DNA from: an uncultured Acidobacteriota bacterium
GTDB taxonomy: Bacteria; Acidobacteriota; Blastocatellia; RBC074
Assembly: GCA_963796275.1 (NCBI GenBank)
Contig: CAWCKY010000003.1
Coordinates: 1,344,001-1,408,000 of the forward strand
DNA: 64,000 nt
Reading direction: 5' to 3'
Shown: positions 48,190-58,595 of the stretch, in pieces
Layout: each line of letters opens with the position of its first letter
How positions within the stretch are numbered: the stretch's first letter is position 1
Translations under genes and position numbers: made by a program
The notes under the pieces: generated by a model
What the model saw: the letters and a program-made list of their open reading frames with translations, nothing else
Database searches by the model: none
Told to the model about the DNA's origin: nothing

Positions 48190-49185
48190 TCAATCAACCC
48201 GATCCGATACGCCGATCGCGGGAGCCGCGCTTTTAGGCCAGGGTATATAGCGGCGCAGCCATTTGAATAACAGCCAGCAGGGCACCAGAATCAAGAAGGC
48301 TATCGGTATCATCACCATAACAAAACGAATAACACCAATGACGATATCAGAAGCCGTTTCCAGGCCATCGCCGAAAGCCAGCTTCAGGCTATGTTGAAAA
48401 CCGCTTTTGGTAGCAACGAACAACGGGGCCGGAGTCTGCAAAGTAACAGAGATGGTCGAAAGTGCAGATTTGTTTTCCAGGAATCTACGTCGACCCTCGA
48501 GGCTTTCGATCTCTGTGCGGACATCAGCTAGTTGACTCTGCACCTCGAGCGCATCGGATATTTTGCGCGCCTGCCGCATGATTTCGAGAAACTGCATTTC
48601 GAGCGCGCGTTTTGTGCGGATGCGCGCTTCGAGGTCAATGTAATCTTCGGTCACGTCCATTCCAGTTATCTTCTCTACCGTAATATTTCCGTCTATGTGG
48701 CGAATGGCTTCCACTGCATCACCGAATCGAGCGGAAGGAACACGGGCGGTTATGGTAATGATTGTTGAAGACAGGTTTTGTTCGTTCGGATGATTCTCTT
48801 TGGATTCGGATGAGATGATAAACCCGCCATTCTTCTCCGCGATCGACGCAATTTTTTGCAGGCCTTTCCTGGGATCGTCGATCTCGATCGTCAGCTCCGC
48901 GTTACGTATGATCTTGCGCTCGGTGAGCTGCTCTGAAGCCTGGGATGCATTGGCCGAATCGAGAGAAATTTTTGTTAAAGCCGGTACGGTCTTCTGAGAT
49001 GACGTGGACAATTCTGCCGCTTCCGACACGGTAGCGAACTTCGCATTTGATTCAGCCAACATGCCTTGATCTTTTGCCTCGCCCGCGGGCTTACTAAGCT
49101 TATTTTCACCCCTGCCGCAACTAACGGTTGCGATCATGAAAAGTATCAACATAAGTATCAACACGGCCGCCATCCTTTTTCTCAT
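48190..49185 (-). CDS. DUF4349 lipoprotein with C-terminal TM
   Basis: Lipobox VSC; RKIIRNAEL, RVPS, DVTEDYIDLEAR. Confidence 0.88.
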   Translation of the reverse strand: MRKRMAAVLILMLILFMIATVSCGRGENKLSKPAGEAKDQGMLAESNAKFATVSEAAELSTSSQKTVPALTKISLDSANASQASEQLTERKIIRNAELTIEIDDPRKGLQKIASIAEKNGGFIISSESKENHPNEQNLSSTIITITARVPSARFGDAVEAIRHIDGNITVEKITGMDVTEDYIDLEARIRTKRALEMQFLEIMRQARKISDALEVQSQLADVRTEIESLEGRRRFLENKSALSTISVTLQTPAPLFVATKSGFQHSLKLAFGDGLETASDIVIGVIRFVMVMIPIAFLILVPCWLLFKWLRRYIPWPKSAAPAIGVSDRVD

Positions 49186-49812
49186 AGCTCCTCCTTTGAA
49201 CTAACGTCTTCTGATAATAAATAGCTTACTGATACACGGCTGATACACGAGTCCGTAGTCCCGTTTGTATTGGCCGTTCCCATGATGAACGTCCCACAAA
49301 TAATCTTTTGCAAATATTCATCATCTGCCAGGCAAACAGACGCTTTGGAAATATTGAAAGTTCCAAGCCTTTTAATTAAGTACGGATTGACAACTGACCG
49401 CCGTATAAATATTCTTTGTACCGGCCTTTCACAAATGCCCCGAAAGCAGGCGTTTTTCTCACATTGAACCTCCCCCTTTTACCTCTGCCGCGAATAACAC
49501 CGCAGACAAAGGTGAATACTGTATTTTCGTGGTGTATTTGTGGTATATGAGGATACTAGAATACCTGCACGCCGAATCCAGTTACTAAGTTTGTTATTTG
49601 AAGACTCTCAGTTGTAATAGCGGAGCTGTGTCGACAACGAGGGGGGAAGGGGAGAGCGGGAGAGTAACCGAGTACAGGACATTGCCGGTGGTGACGCATT
49701 GAATAGGGGGACGTTGCGTTGCCAAACTTGTCCTGTCTCCGCGCTGCTCGCTCTCTCGCTCTCCCATTCTTCCACTCGTAAATACTACTCGCGCGGGAGA
49801 TACCCGAAAGAA

Positions 49813-50220
49813 TCAGGCGCGATCTTTCAATCTTTTCACGAAGCGTAATCCCGACCACACATCATTGATGGCACATACTTTGGTATCGACGAGCCCGGCT
49901 TCAAGGCCGATTCGTTGAATGTCGCCTTCAGTCAGGTCGGTCGGTACTCCCGACGCCTTTTTCGGCCACGATATCCATAACATTCCCGCGGGCTTGAGCA
50001 ACGCCGCGAGCTTTTCAAATCGCGAGAGGAGCTCTTTTTCGCTCTTGACGAAGCATAGGATCAGATCGAGCGGCGCGCGTTGCTGTTTAACTATCTCGAC
50101 ACCGGCTGGCAATACGCCCAATTCTTCAGTGAACTGGTCAGGTGCGTTTACCAATAGGATTCGATGCGAGACTTTGATGCCCAGCTTCTGCGGCAGGGGT
50201 GTTCCTGAATAACCAGACAT
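49813..50220 (-). CDS. DUF3052-like protein
   Basis: GYSGTPLPQKLGIK, LWISWPKKASGV, GLVDTKVCA...WSGL. Confidence 0.85.
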   Translation of the reverse strand: MSGYSGTPLPQKLGIKVSHRILLVNAPDQFTEELGVLPAGVEIVKQQRAPLDLILCFVKSEKELLSRFEKLAALLKPAGMLWISWPKKASGVPTDLTEGDIQRIGLEAGLVDTKVCAINDVWSGLRFVKRLKDRA

Positions 50221-50923
50221 AATTTCTCCCTCTTCGTTTCAAAGAAGAGTTGTTTGATTCAGAAGCGATCTTGATCTCCACTTTTGGACCTAATACCCTG
50301 GGTTGCTTTTGTAATATATAGACATCGATCACCGCCTTCACGCGCGCCAGCCATTCGCGAGGTATTTCGGCTCCCAACTTCGTAACCGGAAACCGTTCGG
50401 AGTAGAAGGCTACTGCGTCAATGTTATTCCCATTGCACAAAAAGAGGGCGCGGTAGGTGTGAAAGTTATTGGTGATGATGGTGAAGCGGGTCAGCCCATA
50501 GACTTCCTTGGCGCGGATTATCGAATCGAGAGTTCTGAAACCGGCGTAATCCAGCGTCATGGCCGATTCCGGCACGCCGAGCTCGAGCGCAAGGGTCTTC
50601 ATCTCAGCCGGCTCATTATAGCCGCGATTATTGCGCCTGCCGCTGAGCAGGAGATGCTTGACCTTTCCACTGTGATACAGCCGTGCGGCATCTTCCATCC
50701 GCGCGCGAAAAAGAGGTTTGATCTTCCTGCTTCTAAAGCGTGGAACGGCGCCCAATACGAGGCCGACGTCATTAGACGGCAACTTTTCCACGTCATTAAA
50801 AACGCACGATCCGCTGGAGAGAACAATCCACAGGTTGATGCCGGCTGGCGCCAGAAAAACCAGCAGGCACATGCCGGCAAATCCCCACCTATTCCGCCTG
50901 AGTAATCGCAGGAATGATTGCAT
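50138..50923 (-). CDS. sanA: SanA/YdcF (DUF218) protein
   Basis: LVLGA, YNEP..M, LDYAGFRTLDSI.RAK, FH..RA, REWLARVK. Confidence 0.85.
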   Translation of the reverse strand: MQSFLRLLRRNRWGFAGMCLLVFLAPAGINLWIVLSSGSCVFNDVEKLPSNDVGLVLGAVPRFRSRKIKPLFRARMEDAARLYHSGKVKHLLLSGRRNNRGYNEPAEMKTLALELGVPESAMTLDYAGFRTLDSIIRAKEVYGLTRFTIITNNFHTYRALFLCNGNNIDAVAFYSERFPVTKLGAEIPREWLARVKAVIDVYILQKQPRVLGPKVEIKIASESNNSSLKRRGRNYVWLFRNTPAAEAGHQSLASNPIGKRT

Positions 50924-51006
50924 AATTCAATCTCATAATAAGCTAAAAAATTTCGTATTTCGATTGTCTAGTCTCCTTCTCTGTACTAGAGTTTGATCGG
51001 ATCACG

Positions 51007-52038
51007 ATGCGACCCAATGTTTTCATCACGCGCCGCCTTCCACCGTCTGCGATAAACAGGCTGGGAGAAGTCTGCGATTACCGGGTGGGGGCTGAACAGG
51101 GCGATCTCAGCCGCGAAGGCTTACTCTCTGGAGTGCGCGACGCGGATGGGCTTATCTGTTTACTCACCGATCGAATTGACCGGGAGGTGATTGAGGCCGG
51201 ATCGAAGCTGCGCGTAATTGCCAACGTCGCAGTGGGATATAACAACATCGATGCTGGAGCGGCCCAAGAGCGAGGGATCTATGTTACAAATACGCCGGGG
51301 GTGCTGACTGATGCCACAGCGGATTTGACGTGGGCTTTGATACTCGCCGTGTCCCGTCGCATCGTCGAGGCCGATGCTTTTCTCCGGGCAGGAAAGTTCG
51401 CGGGTTGGGACTTCGATATGTTGCTCGGCACAGGATTGTCAGGAAAAGTCATAGGTATTATTGGGTACGGCAGGATCGGGCGGGCCGTGGCGAGACGCGC
51501 CACGGGTTTTGGTATGTCGATTGTTTACTGCAATCGGGATGACATCGCCTTTCGCGATGATCCGCAGCATAATTCGATGATGGAGCGTCAATCGATGGCC
51601 CGCGCGTCAGGCGCCTTAAATCAGAGCGCGCGGCTCGATGGATTGGCGGCGCGCCGCGTCTCGTTTAATCAATTGATCGGGATGGCCGATATAATCACGC
51701 TCCATGTCCCGTTAGCTGCCGCGACGCAGCACCTGATCGATCGCGGCGCGTTTACGCGGGTGAAGCCTTCGGCATTTCTGATCAATACCTCTCGCGGCCC
51801 GGTCGTCGATGAAACCGCATTGATCGAGGCGTTGAGCGCGGGAAAGCTAGCCGGCGCGGGTCTCGATGTCTATGAAAGCGAGCCGGAAGTGGGCGAAGCA
51901 TTACTGGCGATGAACAACTTAGTTTTACTCCCTCACATCGGCAGCGCCACTCGCGAGACTCGGACTGCAATGGCAACAGTAGCCGTAGAAAATGTTATCG
52001 ATCTATTTTCTGGTCATGTGCCGCGAAATGTTGTATGA
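51007..52038 (+). CDS. D-glycerate dehydrogenase / glyoxylate reductase family
   Basis: VAVGYNNID, NTPGVL, GYGRIG, INTSRG, LDVYE.EP, PHIGSA. Confidence 0.92.
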   Translation: MRPNVFITRRLPPSAINRLGEVCDYRVGAEQGDLSREGLLSGVRDADGLICLLTDRIDREVIEAGSKLRVIANVAVGYNNIDAGAAQERGIYVTNTPGVLTDATADLTWALILAVSRRIVEADAFLRAGKFAGWDFDMLLGTGLSGKVIGIIGYGRIGRAVARRATGFGMSIVYCNRDDIAFRDDPQHNSMMERQSMARASGALNQSARLDGLAARRVSFNQLIGMADIITLHVPLAAATQHLIDRGAFTRVKPSAFLINTSRGPVVDETALIEALSAGKLAGAGLDVYESEPEVGEALLAMNNLVLLPHIGSATRETRTAMATVAVENVIDLFSGHVPRNVV

Positions 52039-52208
52039 ATGAAATCTGAAAATCGGACACATTTGAAAAAGTTTGGCTTTGCTATTTTTCTCAAGTATCA
52101 GAAAGAATTGACATCAGAAACTGCCATATAAACCCTGCTTGTGTCAGGTGTAGATAGCATCTCTCCTCCCACCCTGTTTTAACTCCTCCCGTTCCAACAG
52201 GACATGCC

Positions 52209-52224
52209 TGGTATTGCAATTGCA
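52209..52224 (+). promoter_or_regulatory. Possible sigma54 promoter for the lipid kinase gene
   Basis: TGGTAT-TGCAA-TTGCA (GG-N10-GC). Confidence 0.35.
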
Positions 52225-52252
52225 AGATGCATCGTAAGCATAATAGAGAGTA

Positions 52253-53173
52253 ATGAATACCAAGTCGAAGAGAGCCTCATTAATATACAATCCAACTGCC
52301 GGAAATCTGCGGCGTGATCCGAGACAGATCGAACGGTTGAGTGCCGATTTACGGGCGCATGGAATCGAAACATCCCTGTTGAAGACCTGCTATGCGGGAC
52401 ACGCAACCGAACTTGCGAGGCAAGCGGTGAAGGAGGGATCGGATGTCGTCATCGTATGCGGCGGTGACGGCACGATCAACGAGGCCGCGCAGCCCCTGAT
52501 CGGGACTGAGACGACCTTGGCCGTCTGGCCATGTGGCACGGCGAATGTTCTGGCCGAAGAGTTATGTCTTCCGCGCAGCACTAAAGCTCTGGCGCAGCTG
52601 ATTGCAGGCGACCACGCGCGTACGATCAGCGTCGGCCGCGCGCAGAAACCTGAGAACGGCTGGCAACGGTATTTCCTGTTGATGGCAGGGATAGGGTTGG
52701 ACGCGACGATCGTGCAGGGTGTGGATTTGAACCTCAAACGTATGACGGGTATAGGCGCTTACATCGCGTCCGGAATCGATTATCTGGCGCGGCTGCCGAT
52801 CACTCCTTTTTCCCTCGATTTCAATGGGCGGAGTTACGAGAGCACATTCGCCGTCATCGCAAACGCCGCGCATTACGCAGTATGGTTCAGGATAGCTCCC
52901 GGAGCTAAGGTGGACGATGAAAATCTCGATATCTGCCTATTCAATGCGCGCAGCAGGCTGGCGTATCTCGGATACGCGTTCCTGAGTATGTCGGGTAAGC
53001 ATACGCGCCGTTCGGGTGTAATATATCAATCGGCGCGCGAGGCAAAGGCAAACTCCAACGATGCCGCACTCGTGCAACTCGATGGCGATGTCGTCGGCAA
53101 CCTGCCGATGCAATTTGAAATCGTGCCGCACGCCTTACGCGTGATCGCGCCGGAAAAAATGAAAAAAGAATGA
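52253..53173 (+). CDS. Diacylglycerol/lipid kinase family (YegS-like)
   Basis: NPTAG, GGDGTINE, GTAN, GIGLDA, QLDGD. Confidence 0.92.
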   Translation: MNTKSKRASLIYNPTAGNLRRDPRQIERLSADLRAHGIETSLLKTCYAGHATELARQAVKEGSDVVIVCGGDGTINEAAQPLIGTETTLAVWPCGTANVLAEELCLPRSTKALAQLIAGDHARTISVGRAQKPENGWQRYFLLMAGIGLDATIVQGVDLNLKRMTGIGAYIASGIDYLARLPITPFSLDFNGRSYESTFAVIANAAHYAVWFRIAPGAKVDDENLDICLFNARSRLAYLGYAFLSMSGKHTRRSGVIYQSAREAKANSNDAALVQLDGDVVGNLPMQFEIVPHALRVIAPEKMKKE

Positions 53174-53189
53174 GAGGTCTATAAATAGG

Positions 53190-54464
53190 ATGTTATCTTT
53201 GCTGGAAAAAGTCGTTTTGGCGATCACATTATCTGTGATTTACCTTGTTATGATACCGGTTGCAGGCCAGGCCCAGACCGTCGCCGGCAACGGAGATACG
53301 GAGATCGGCGGCGCCTTGCCGCCGGATATCATAGAGTTGCGGCGGGAAGCCAGTGCGGCAACTTACAATATCAATTACGCGGCTGCGCGCGAGAAATACG
53401 AGGAGATCAGAAAGCGACTTCCCCAGCATCCGGCGGGCGATCTCTACATCGCGACGTTGATCTGGCTTGAGCACTTGTATAAGAGCCGTCGCCTGCAAAC
53501 GGGTCTCTACAAGAATGATTCGAGTTTTTATGCGGGCGCCGAGAAGGCCAGGGAAGAGAGCGAGGGCGACGTCGTCGATCCGGCCGTCGATCGCGCTTTC
53601 CGGGACCGCATGGCGGCGGCGAAGACCAAAGCCCTGGCGCTGGTCAGCCGCAACAAGAACGACGCTGATGCGCTCTTCTATCTCGGGTCTTATTACGGGG
53701 TAATGGCTGGTTACGAGGCCTCGGTCGCACGGAAATTCTTCAGCGCGATGCGCAACGGCTCCCGCTGCGTCGATGCGCATCAGAAGGTGTTGAAGCTGAA
53801 ACCGGATTATTACGACGCATATCTATCAGTCGGGATGTACGACTATATCGTCGGCAGCTTGCCCTTCGCTTACAAGGCTATCGCCGCACTCGCCGGGTTC
53901 CGCGGAAACAAGCAGCGCGGGATAGAGCGTCTGCAGACGGTTGTGGAGAAGGAGTCCGACAGCGCTGATGATGCGCGCGTCCTTCTGCTGGCAGTCTTTC
54001 AGAATGAGAGGCGATACGATGATTCGCTGATCATTCTCGAGCATCTGAGCGAGAAATATCCGCGCAGTTATCTGGTCAAGCTCGAAAAAGCTTCCACTCT
54101 GGTCACTCTTAAACGCAGCGAAGATGCTTATCAGGCATTTGAAGGGTTGTTGAAGGACCCTGGGGCGACGCCGGCGGCTGATCTCATCAATTACCAATAT
54201 GCCGAGGCGCTTGCTTTAAACAAGGATTACCAGCGCGCGGTCGGTCATTTCCTGGCGGTACCCAATTCCACCGGGGCCGATGAAAATCTGGCGACTGTGT
54301 CTTTGTTGAGGGCGGCTCAGGTATACGACCTCGGTGGCCAACGAGATGAAGCGATCTCGCAATACAAGGTGGTATTGTCGCGTCCGAATGTTTATGACTC
54401 ACGAGTGCAGGCTGAGCGCGGATTGAAAGAGCCCTTTTCCGTCAAGGATAAGAAGGGGGATTAA
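53190..54464 (+). CDS. Secreted TPR protein
   Basis: Signal peptide; helical TPR-like repeats. Confidence 0.75.
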   Translation: MLSLLEKVVLAITLSVIYLVMIPVAGQAQTVAGNGDTEIGGALPPDIIELRREASAATYNINYAAAREKYEEIRKRLPQHPAGDLYIATLIWLEHLYKSRRLQTGLYKNDSSFYAGAEKAREESEGDVVDPAVDRAFRDRMAAAKTKALALVSRNKNDADALFYLGSYYGVMAGYEASVARKFFSAMRNGSRCVDAHQKVLKLKPDYYDAYLSVGMYDYIVGSLPFAYKAIAALAGFRGNKQRGIERLQTVVEKESDSADDARVLLLAVFQNERRYDDSLIILEHLSEKYPRSYLVKLEKASTLVTLKRSEDAYQAFEGLLKDPGATPAADLINYQYAEALALNKDYQRAVGHFLAVPNSTGADENLATVSLLRAAQVYDLGGQRDEAISQYKVVLSRPNVYDSRVQAERGLKEPFSVKDKKGD

Positions 54465-54521
54465 ATTTCCATTTTTCATTTGTCAGTTCGTTGCTCGCCT
54501 GTCCGAGTCAATGACAAATGT

Positions 54522-55577
54522 TCAGTCGGTCCGCACGAGCGCAGTCGCTTCTTCATTATCCCTGGTCCGCGGCTTGCCGAAGAACCAGACGATGCCGATG
54601 CTCATAAAATAGAGTGCGACCATCGGGGCGGCAAACATGATCATAGTGGTGGCATCCGGGGTCGGAGTCACTACAGCCGAGACTATCGCAATGATCAGGA
54701 TCGCGTAACGCCACGACTTGAGCATCATCCTGGGCGTTAATAGCCCGATGCGCCCGAGTATGAAAGAGACCGTGGGAATCTGAAAGACGATGCCCAGGCC
54801 GAGCATGATTAACATGATCAGATTCAGGTAATCCTCGGCGTTAAGAAGTATCTGAAAACCTCCGCTCTCTCCCCAACTGAGCAGGAAGTCGCAGGCCTGG
54901 GGAAATGCGATTTTATAAGCAAAGGACGCGCCGAGCGCGAAGAACAGGGTAGCCATTGCCAGCACCGGCACGACGTAGCGCTTCTCGTGCTTATAGAGAC
55001 CGGGAGAAATGAAAGCCCAAACCTGGTAGAAAAGAAAAGGTATGGCGAGTGCAATGCCGGCGTAGAGCGCAACGACCATATAGATCGTGAATGCGCCGGT
55101 CAGAGTGGTCAAAACCAGCCTGTCGTTCAGCCCGGCAAAGGTACTTCCACTTAGGATATCTTTAATAGGCGTATCGGGTGCAAATCGATGGTCGCCGATC
55201 ACCCAGGGATGCACAAGTACGAGAATCGCCTCATTATCTTTGGTGATCTTTTTGACGGGGATGGTTGTGCCGGCCGAAATTTTGTTATTGTTGAGAGTGA
55301 TATCCTGGGGGATGCTGATGTAGGTGATCTCATTTTCACCGAATTGATTCAGGCCCGCCTCTTTGGCGGTGGCATTTTGTCTACTTTTCGCCTTTTGGAA
55401 TTGAGCTTGTACCGGAATGGCTAGAAAGTTATAAATCTCCTGTGAGAAGTAGAAACAGATTGCGAATGCTATCGCGACAGTCGCCACGGAATACATCAAC
55501 CTCTTACGCAATTCGTCGAGGTGATCGAGGAAAGACATCTGTAGGCCTTCTTGTTGTTCTTCCACTTGGGTGCTCAT
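54522..55577 (-). CDS. tatC: Twin-arginine translocase TatC (with inserted periplasmic segment)
   Basis: MSFLDHLDELRKR, QVWAFISPGLYKHE, FQIP, TPTPD. Confidence 0.95.
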   Translation of the reverse strand: MSTQVEEQQEGLQMSFLDHLDELRKRLMYSVATVAIAFAICFYFSQEIYNFLAIPVQAQFQKAKSRQNATAKEAGLNQFGENEITYISIPQDITLNNNKISAGTTIPVKKITKDNEAILVLVHPWVIGDHRFAPDTPIKDILSGSTFAGLNDRLVLTTLTGAFTIYMVVALYAGIALAIPFLFYQVWAFISPGLYKHEKRYVVPVLAMATLFFALGASFAYKIAFPQACDFLLSWGESGGFQILLNAEDYLNLIMLIMLGLGIVFQIPTVSFILGRIGLLTPRMMLKSWRYAILIIAIVSAVVTPTPDATTMIMFAAPMVALYFMSIGIVWFFGKPRTRDNEEATALVRTD

Positions 55578-55603
55578 CCGGATACCTGGCGGGTCGTCTG
55601 CAT

Positions 55604-56002
55604 CTAAATCCAGTGCTGTTTCTCGGGCTCTTTGGCGGCATCAGTAGGCGATTCAACGGCTGCGCCGTCAGTCTGCTGGCCGGATGAAGTAGATGGATTC
55701 ATACCATTATCAGAGGCTTGTTCGGATGTCTGGGCCGTCTCCGAATCGCCGTACGGATTATACGGATCGTTTGATCCCGATGAGTTGTAATCGTAATTTT
55801 CAGATGTGCTCGGGCTCTCGTCTTTGCGGACCTTCTCGAACTCGACTTCCTGTTCCCATGTGCGTTTGAAGTCATCCGAAGCCTTGCGAAATTGAAACAT
55901 TGCCTGACCCATGGACTTCCCGAGCTCAGGCAACTTGCGGGGCCCGAATACGATCAATGCGATCACGAGAATGAGGATAACTTCTGTCATTCCCAAACCC
56001 AT
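55604..56002 (-). CDS. TatA/TatB subunit
   Basis: EVILILVIALIVFGPRKLPELG; long acidic tail. Confidence 0.9.
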   Translation of the reverse strand: MGLGMTEVILILVIALIVFGPRKLPELGKSMGQAMFQFRKASDDFKRTWEQEVEFEKVRKDESPSTSENYDYNSSGSNDPYNPYGDSETAQTSEQASDNGMNPSTSSGQQTDGAAVESPTDAAKEPEKQHWI

Positions 56003-56109
56003 ATCTCTACTTCTCACTTTCTAAGGCGGAAATTTCCAGGCTTGCTGCAACCATCTCCTACATCCCAAAAATAGACTATAAGTGACGCTCAGAGGTGAGT
56101 CAAGTAAGC

Positions 56110-56210
56110 AATGAATAATGGATAATTGATAATGGATAATTGATAATGCGAATCCTCAGTGGCGACAATCTATTCGAATTATCAATTATCCATTATCAAT
56201 TATCCATTAT
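56110..56210. repeat. Heptamer palindrome (TAATGGA/TAATTGA)n...(TTATCAA/TTATCCA)n
   Basis: Sister of 18687-18766 with a similar central spacer. Confidence 0.8.
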
Positions 56211-57151
56211 TGTTTCTTCTTGTTCGCGTAATAACCTTGCTTGGTGCGAATGTTCAGTTGTGGGCGCGCGACGCGGACATCGATCGCCCGCCAGCGGCCG
56301 TCCAGTCGCTCGTTCGATGATGAGTAAGAGAGCGTGTACTGGTTGCGCAACTCAATGACGGTGTTAGCGAATGCCTCGCGAAGCTTCGCCCCCCCGGGAT
56401 TGCGGAAGAATCTGCCGCCGGACTTTTCGGCCATGGTCTTCATCACTTCCGCACTTTTTTCGCGAATATTCGTATGGTTAACTGCGGAATCGGTCATATC
56501 GATGGCATAGATCATCGCATTCGCCGCAATCGCTTTTTTGATCGCCTGATCCATTGATGCCCGGCTATCTGTATCTCCTCCATCGGAGGCGATGAGGATG
56601 GCACGGCGGCGCTCGGGTCGTTTCGCAAGGTCCTCGGAGGCTTGGACGATCGCATCATAGAGAGGAGTTTTTCCCTCTGCTTGCAGATCCCAGACCGAGT
56701 CGGGGACCTCGCGCACCTCGGTGAAATCCTGCATTTTCTTTACTTTTTTTTCTTTGGTTCCGCCGAAAGTGTAAATCGCGAAAGTATCGCCTTCGCGTAT
56801 GCCGTCGATGAAATTGACGCAGGCCGCTCGTCCGAGAGTCAGCTTATGCTCCATGCTTGCGCTGGCATCCAGTAAGATGGCGGCGGCAAATGGCGTCTCT
56901 TCGAAAGAGAAACTGAGAATCTCCTGCTGCTTGCTATCTTCGAGAATGCGGAAGTCCGCGGCTTTCAGGTCGGGTACGTAGCGATCGTTAAGATCGGAGA
57001 TTGTCACATTGAGGACAACAAGGTTAGTCTCGACAGAAATCGTATCATCGACGGCATCGGACTTTTTCTCCTGATCCTGCTGTTGCGCGTTTATCGGCGA
57101 CAGGACCAGAGCGAGAATCAGAACTAGTGTGGGGGCTAATCTGCGATGCAT
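56207..57151 (-). CDS. Secreted VWA-domain protein (acidobacterial type)
   Basis: MIDAS DASAS, TPLYDA, SDGGD, ELRNQYTLSY, RTKQGYY. Confidence 0.9.
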   Translation of the reverse strand: MHRRLAPTLVLILALVLSPINAQQQDQEKKSDAVDDTISVETNLVVLNVTISDLNDRYVPDLKAADFRILEDSKQQEILSFSFEETPFAAAILLDASASMEHKLTLGRAACVNFIDGIREGDTFAIYTFGGTKEKKVKKMQDFTEVREVPDSVWDLQAEGKTPLYDAIVQASEDLAKRPERRRAILIASDGGDTDSRASMDQAIKKAIAANAMIYAIDMTDSAVNHTNIREKSAEVMKTMAEKSGGRFFRNPGGAKLREAFANTVIELRNQYTLSYSSSNERLDGRWRAIDVRVARPQLNIRTKQGYYANKKKQ

Positions 57152-57154
57152 AGT

Positions 57155-57670
57155 TCAATTGAGGTACCTTCGAAGAAGTTTGGTGAGCTGTATGACCTCA
57201 GTCGCGTCGCCGACCACTGCGAGGGAAATTACACGTCTCGACGTTTTGGCCAGATTTTCATTCAGTCGTTCACTCACCACGCATAATTGCTTGATTGCCT
57301 CCTCCAGGTTAGCGGGATGCGAATCGAGCGGCTCATCCTCCGAGCCGCCGGAATCCGAACGGATCTGGCGGGCGAATTTTTCGATATTTTTGAGCCTCTT
57401 TTCAGTCGCGCGCGGCAGCTGAGTCCGGCCATGCAAATCTTTCAAAAGCAGATTGGCTTCCTCTTCGATCTGCTCCCCTTTTTCCAGAATCTTCTTATGC
57501 TCGTTCTCTTCACGCTTGATCTGCATGCGCTTGAGCGTATCGAGCATGGTTTCGTTCTGTTCCTCGGGTATTGTCTGTTCTGAACTGACTACTTGCCCGC
57601 TGGCGCTAGAAGCGAGGAAGAGAAGCATAAAGACGAGGAAGTATGTGATCATAGCGCACCGCTCTTTCAA
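57155..57670 (-). CDS. Secreted helical hypothetical protein
   Basis: Signal peptide; coupled within the operon. Confidence 0.7.
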   Translation of the reverse strand: MKERCAMITYFLVFMLLFLASSASGQVVSSEQTIPEEQNETMLDTLKRMQIKREENEHKKILEKGEQIEEEANLLLKDLHGRTQLPRATEKRLKNIEKFARQIRSDSGGSEDEPLDSHPANLEEAIKQLCVVSERLNENLAKTSRRVISLAVVGDATEVIQLTKLLRRYLN

Positions 57671-58251
57671 TATTCGCAGTTCAGGATACGCCGCGATGGA
57701 CGCTGACTGCTCGTCTTGACGCTCATATCAATGCCCAGGACCTTGCCTGCTATACCCCGTAACACTTCATCTTCAACCCTGCCGTTTGACTGACAGGCGA
57801 CCCATTTATTGCCTTCGAACGCGTCGGCGATACGCCCGTCGATGCGGGCGAAGACGAAGAGATGCGAACGCTTTTGATCGATCGGAGTCACCGTTATCTC
57901 GAGGACAAACCGGCCCGCCGTCCAGTTCCGAACCTCGTCGGCCGGCAAAGTGGCTAGATATTCGAGGTCTGTTCGCGTCGTGATGCCTTTACTGAACACA
58001 ACCGGAAGGGTGACCATCTTACCTTCGCGCGGCTTGCTCAAAGCCTCATCGAGCTTGATGTCGCACGTCTTAAGAATATCGCGAACGCTTTCAAGAATCA
58101 GTTCGCGCGGAAGATTAATGGTGAATGGATTATCGAGCGGAGGTTCCGGTTTGGGCCGATCGATCTGGATCTGCGCCTGGCTGATAGTGGACAGAAAGCA
58201 AATACCGATGATGGTTAGCAAGCATAATCTCAATTTTTTCATACGAGACAC
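57667..58251 (-). CDS. Secreted hypothetical protein
   Basis: Signal peptide; TTGA overlap with the next gene. Confidence 0.7.
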   Translation of the reverse strand: MSRMKKLRLCLLTIIGICFLSTISQAQIQIDRPKPEPPLDNPFTINLPRELILESVRDILKTCDIKLDEALSKPREGKMVTLPVVFSKGITTRTDLEYLATLPADEVRNWTAGRFVLEITVTPIDQKRSHLFVFARIDGRIADAFEGNKWVACQSNGRVEDEVLRGIAGKVLGIDMSVKTSSQRPSRRILNCEY

Positions 58252-58436
58252 AATAGCAGGTTAGCTCAGAACTCATCAAGCCCAGTCTCTGTAAATGTCA
58301 ATGGAAAATTTTTCATATACATTTTGTAAGAATTACCTGATGAGACCTGTTGGGTTTCTCGCAACTAAATCGTCGAAATCTGCAATGAGCCTGATTTTAT
58401 TGGGTTTTACGCGTATTTTCGGATCAGCTCGATCTC

Positions 58437-58452
58437 TGGCACCAAGGTTGCA
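58437..58452 (+). promoter_or_regulatory. sigma54 -24/-12 promoter
   Basis: TGGCAC-CAAGG-TTGCA. Confidence 0.7.
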
Positions 58453-58462
58453 CTTACCTGTG

Positions 58463-58586
58463 TGGGGCAACGAGATACCAGGTGGTAAACTCCACTGACG
58501 GTGTCAGGTGGTTACCAGGGTGAGGTAGGTAACCACAGTTATTGGGCGCTGCAAACATCCCACGGGTGCAGCGCCTATTATTTTTT
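58463..58586 (+). ncRNA. Candidate sigma54-dependent sRNA (~125 nt)
   Basis: Two internal hairpins plus an intrinsic terminator directly after the sigma54 promoter. Confidence 0.6.
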
Positions 58587-58595
58587 CCAGCCAAC

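Noticed and set aside
50138-50220. 83-nt overlap of sanA with the DUF3052 gene
   Set aside because: The tail is non-conserved-looking read-through; likely a lost stop or indel rather than a functional overlap
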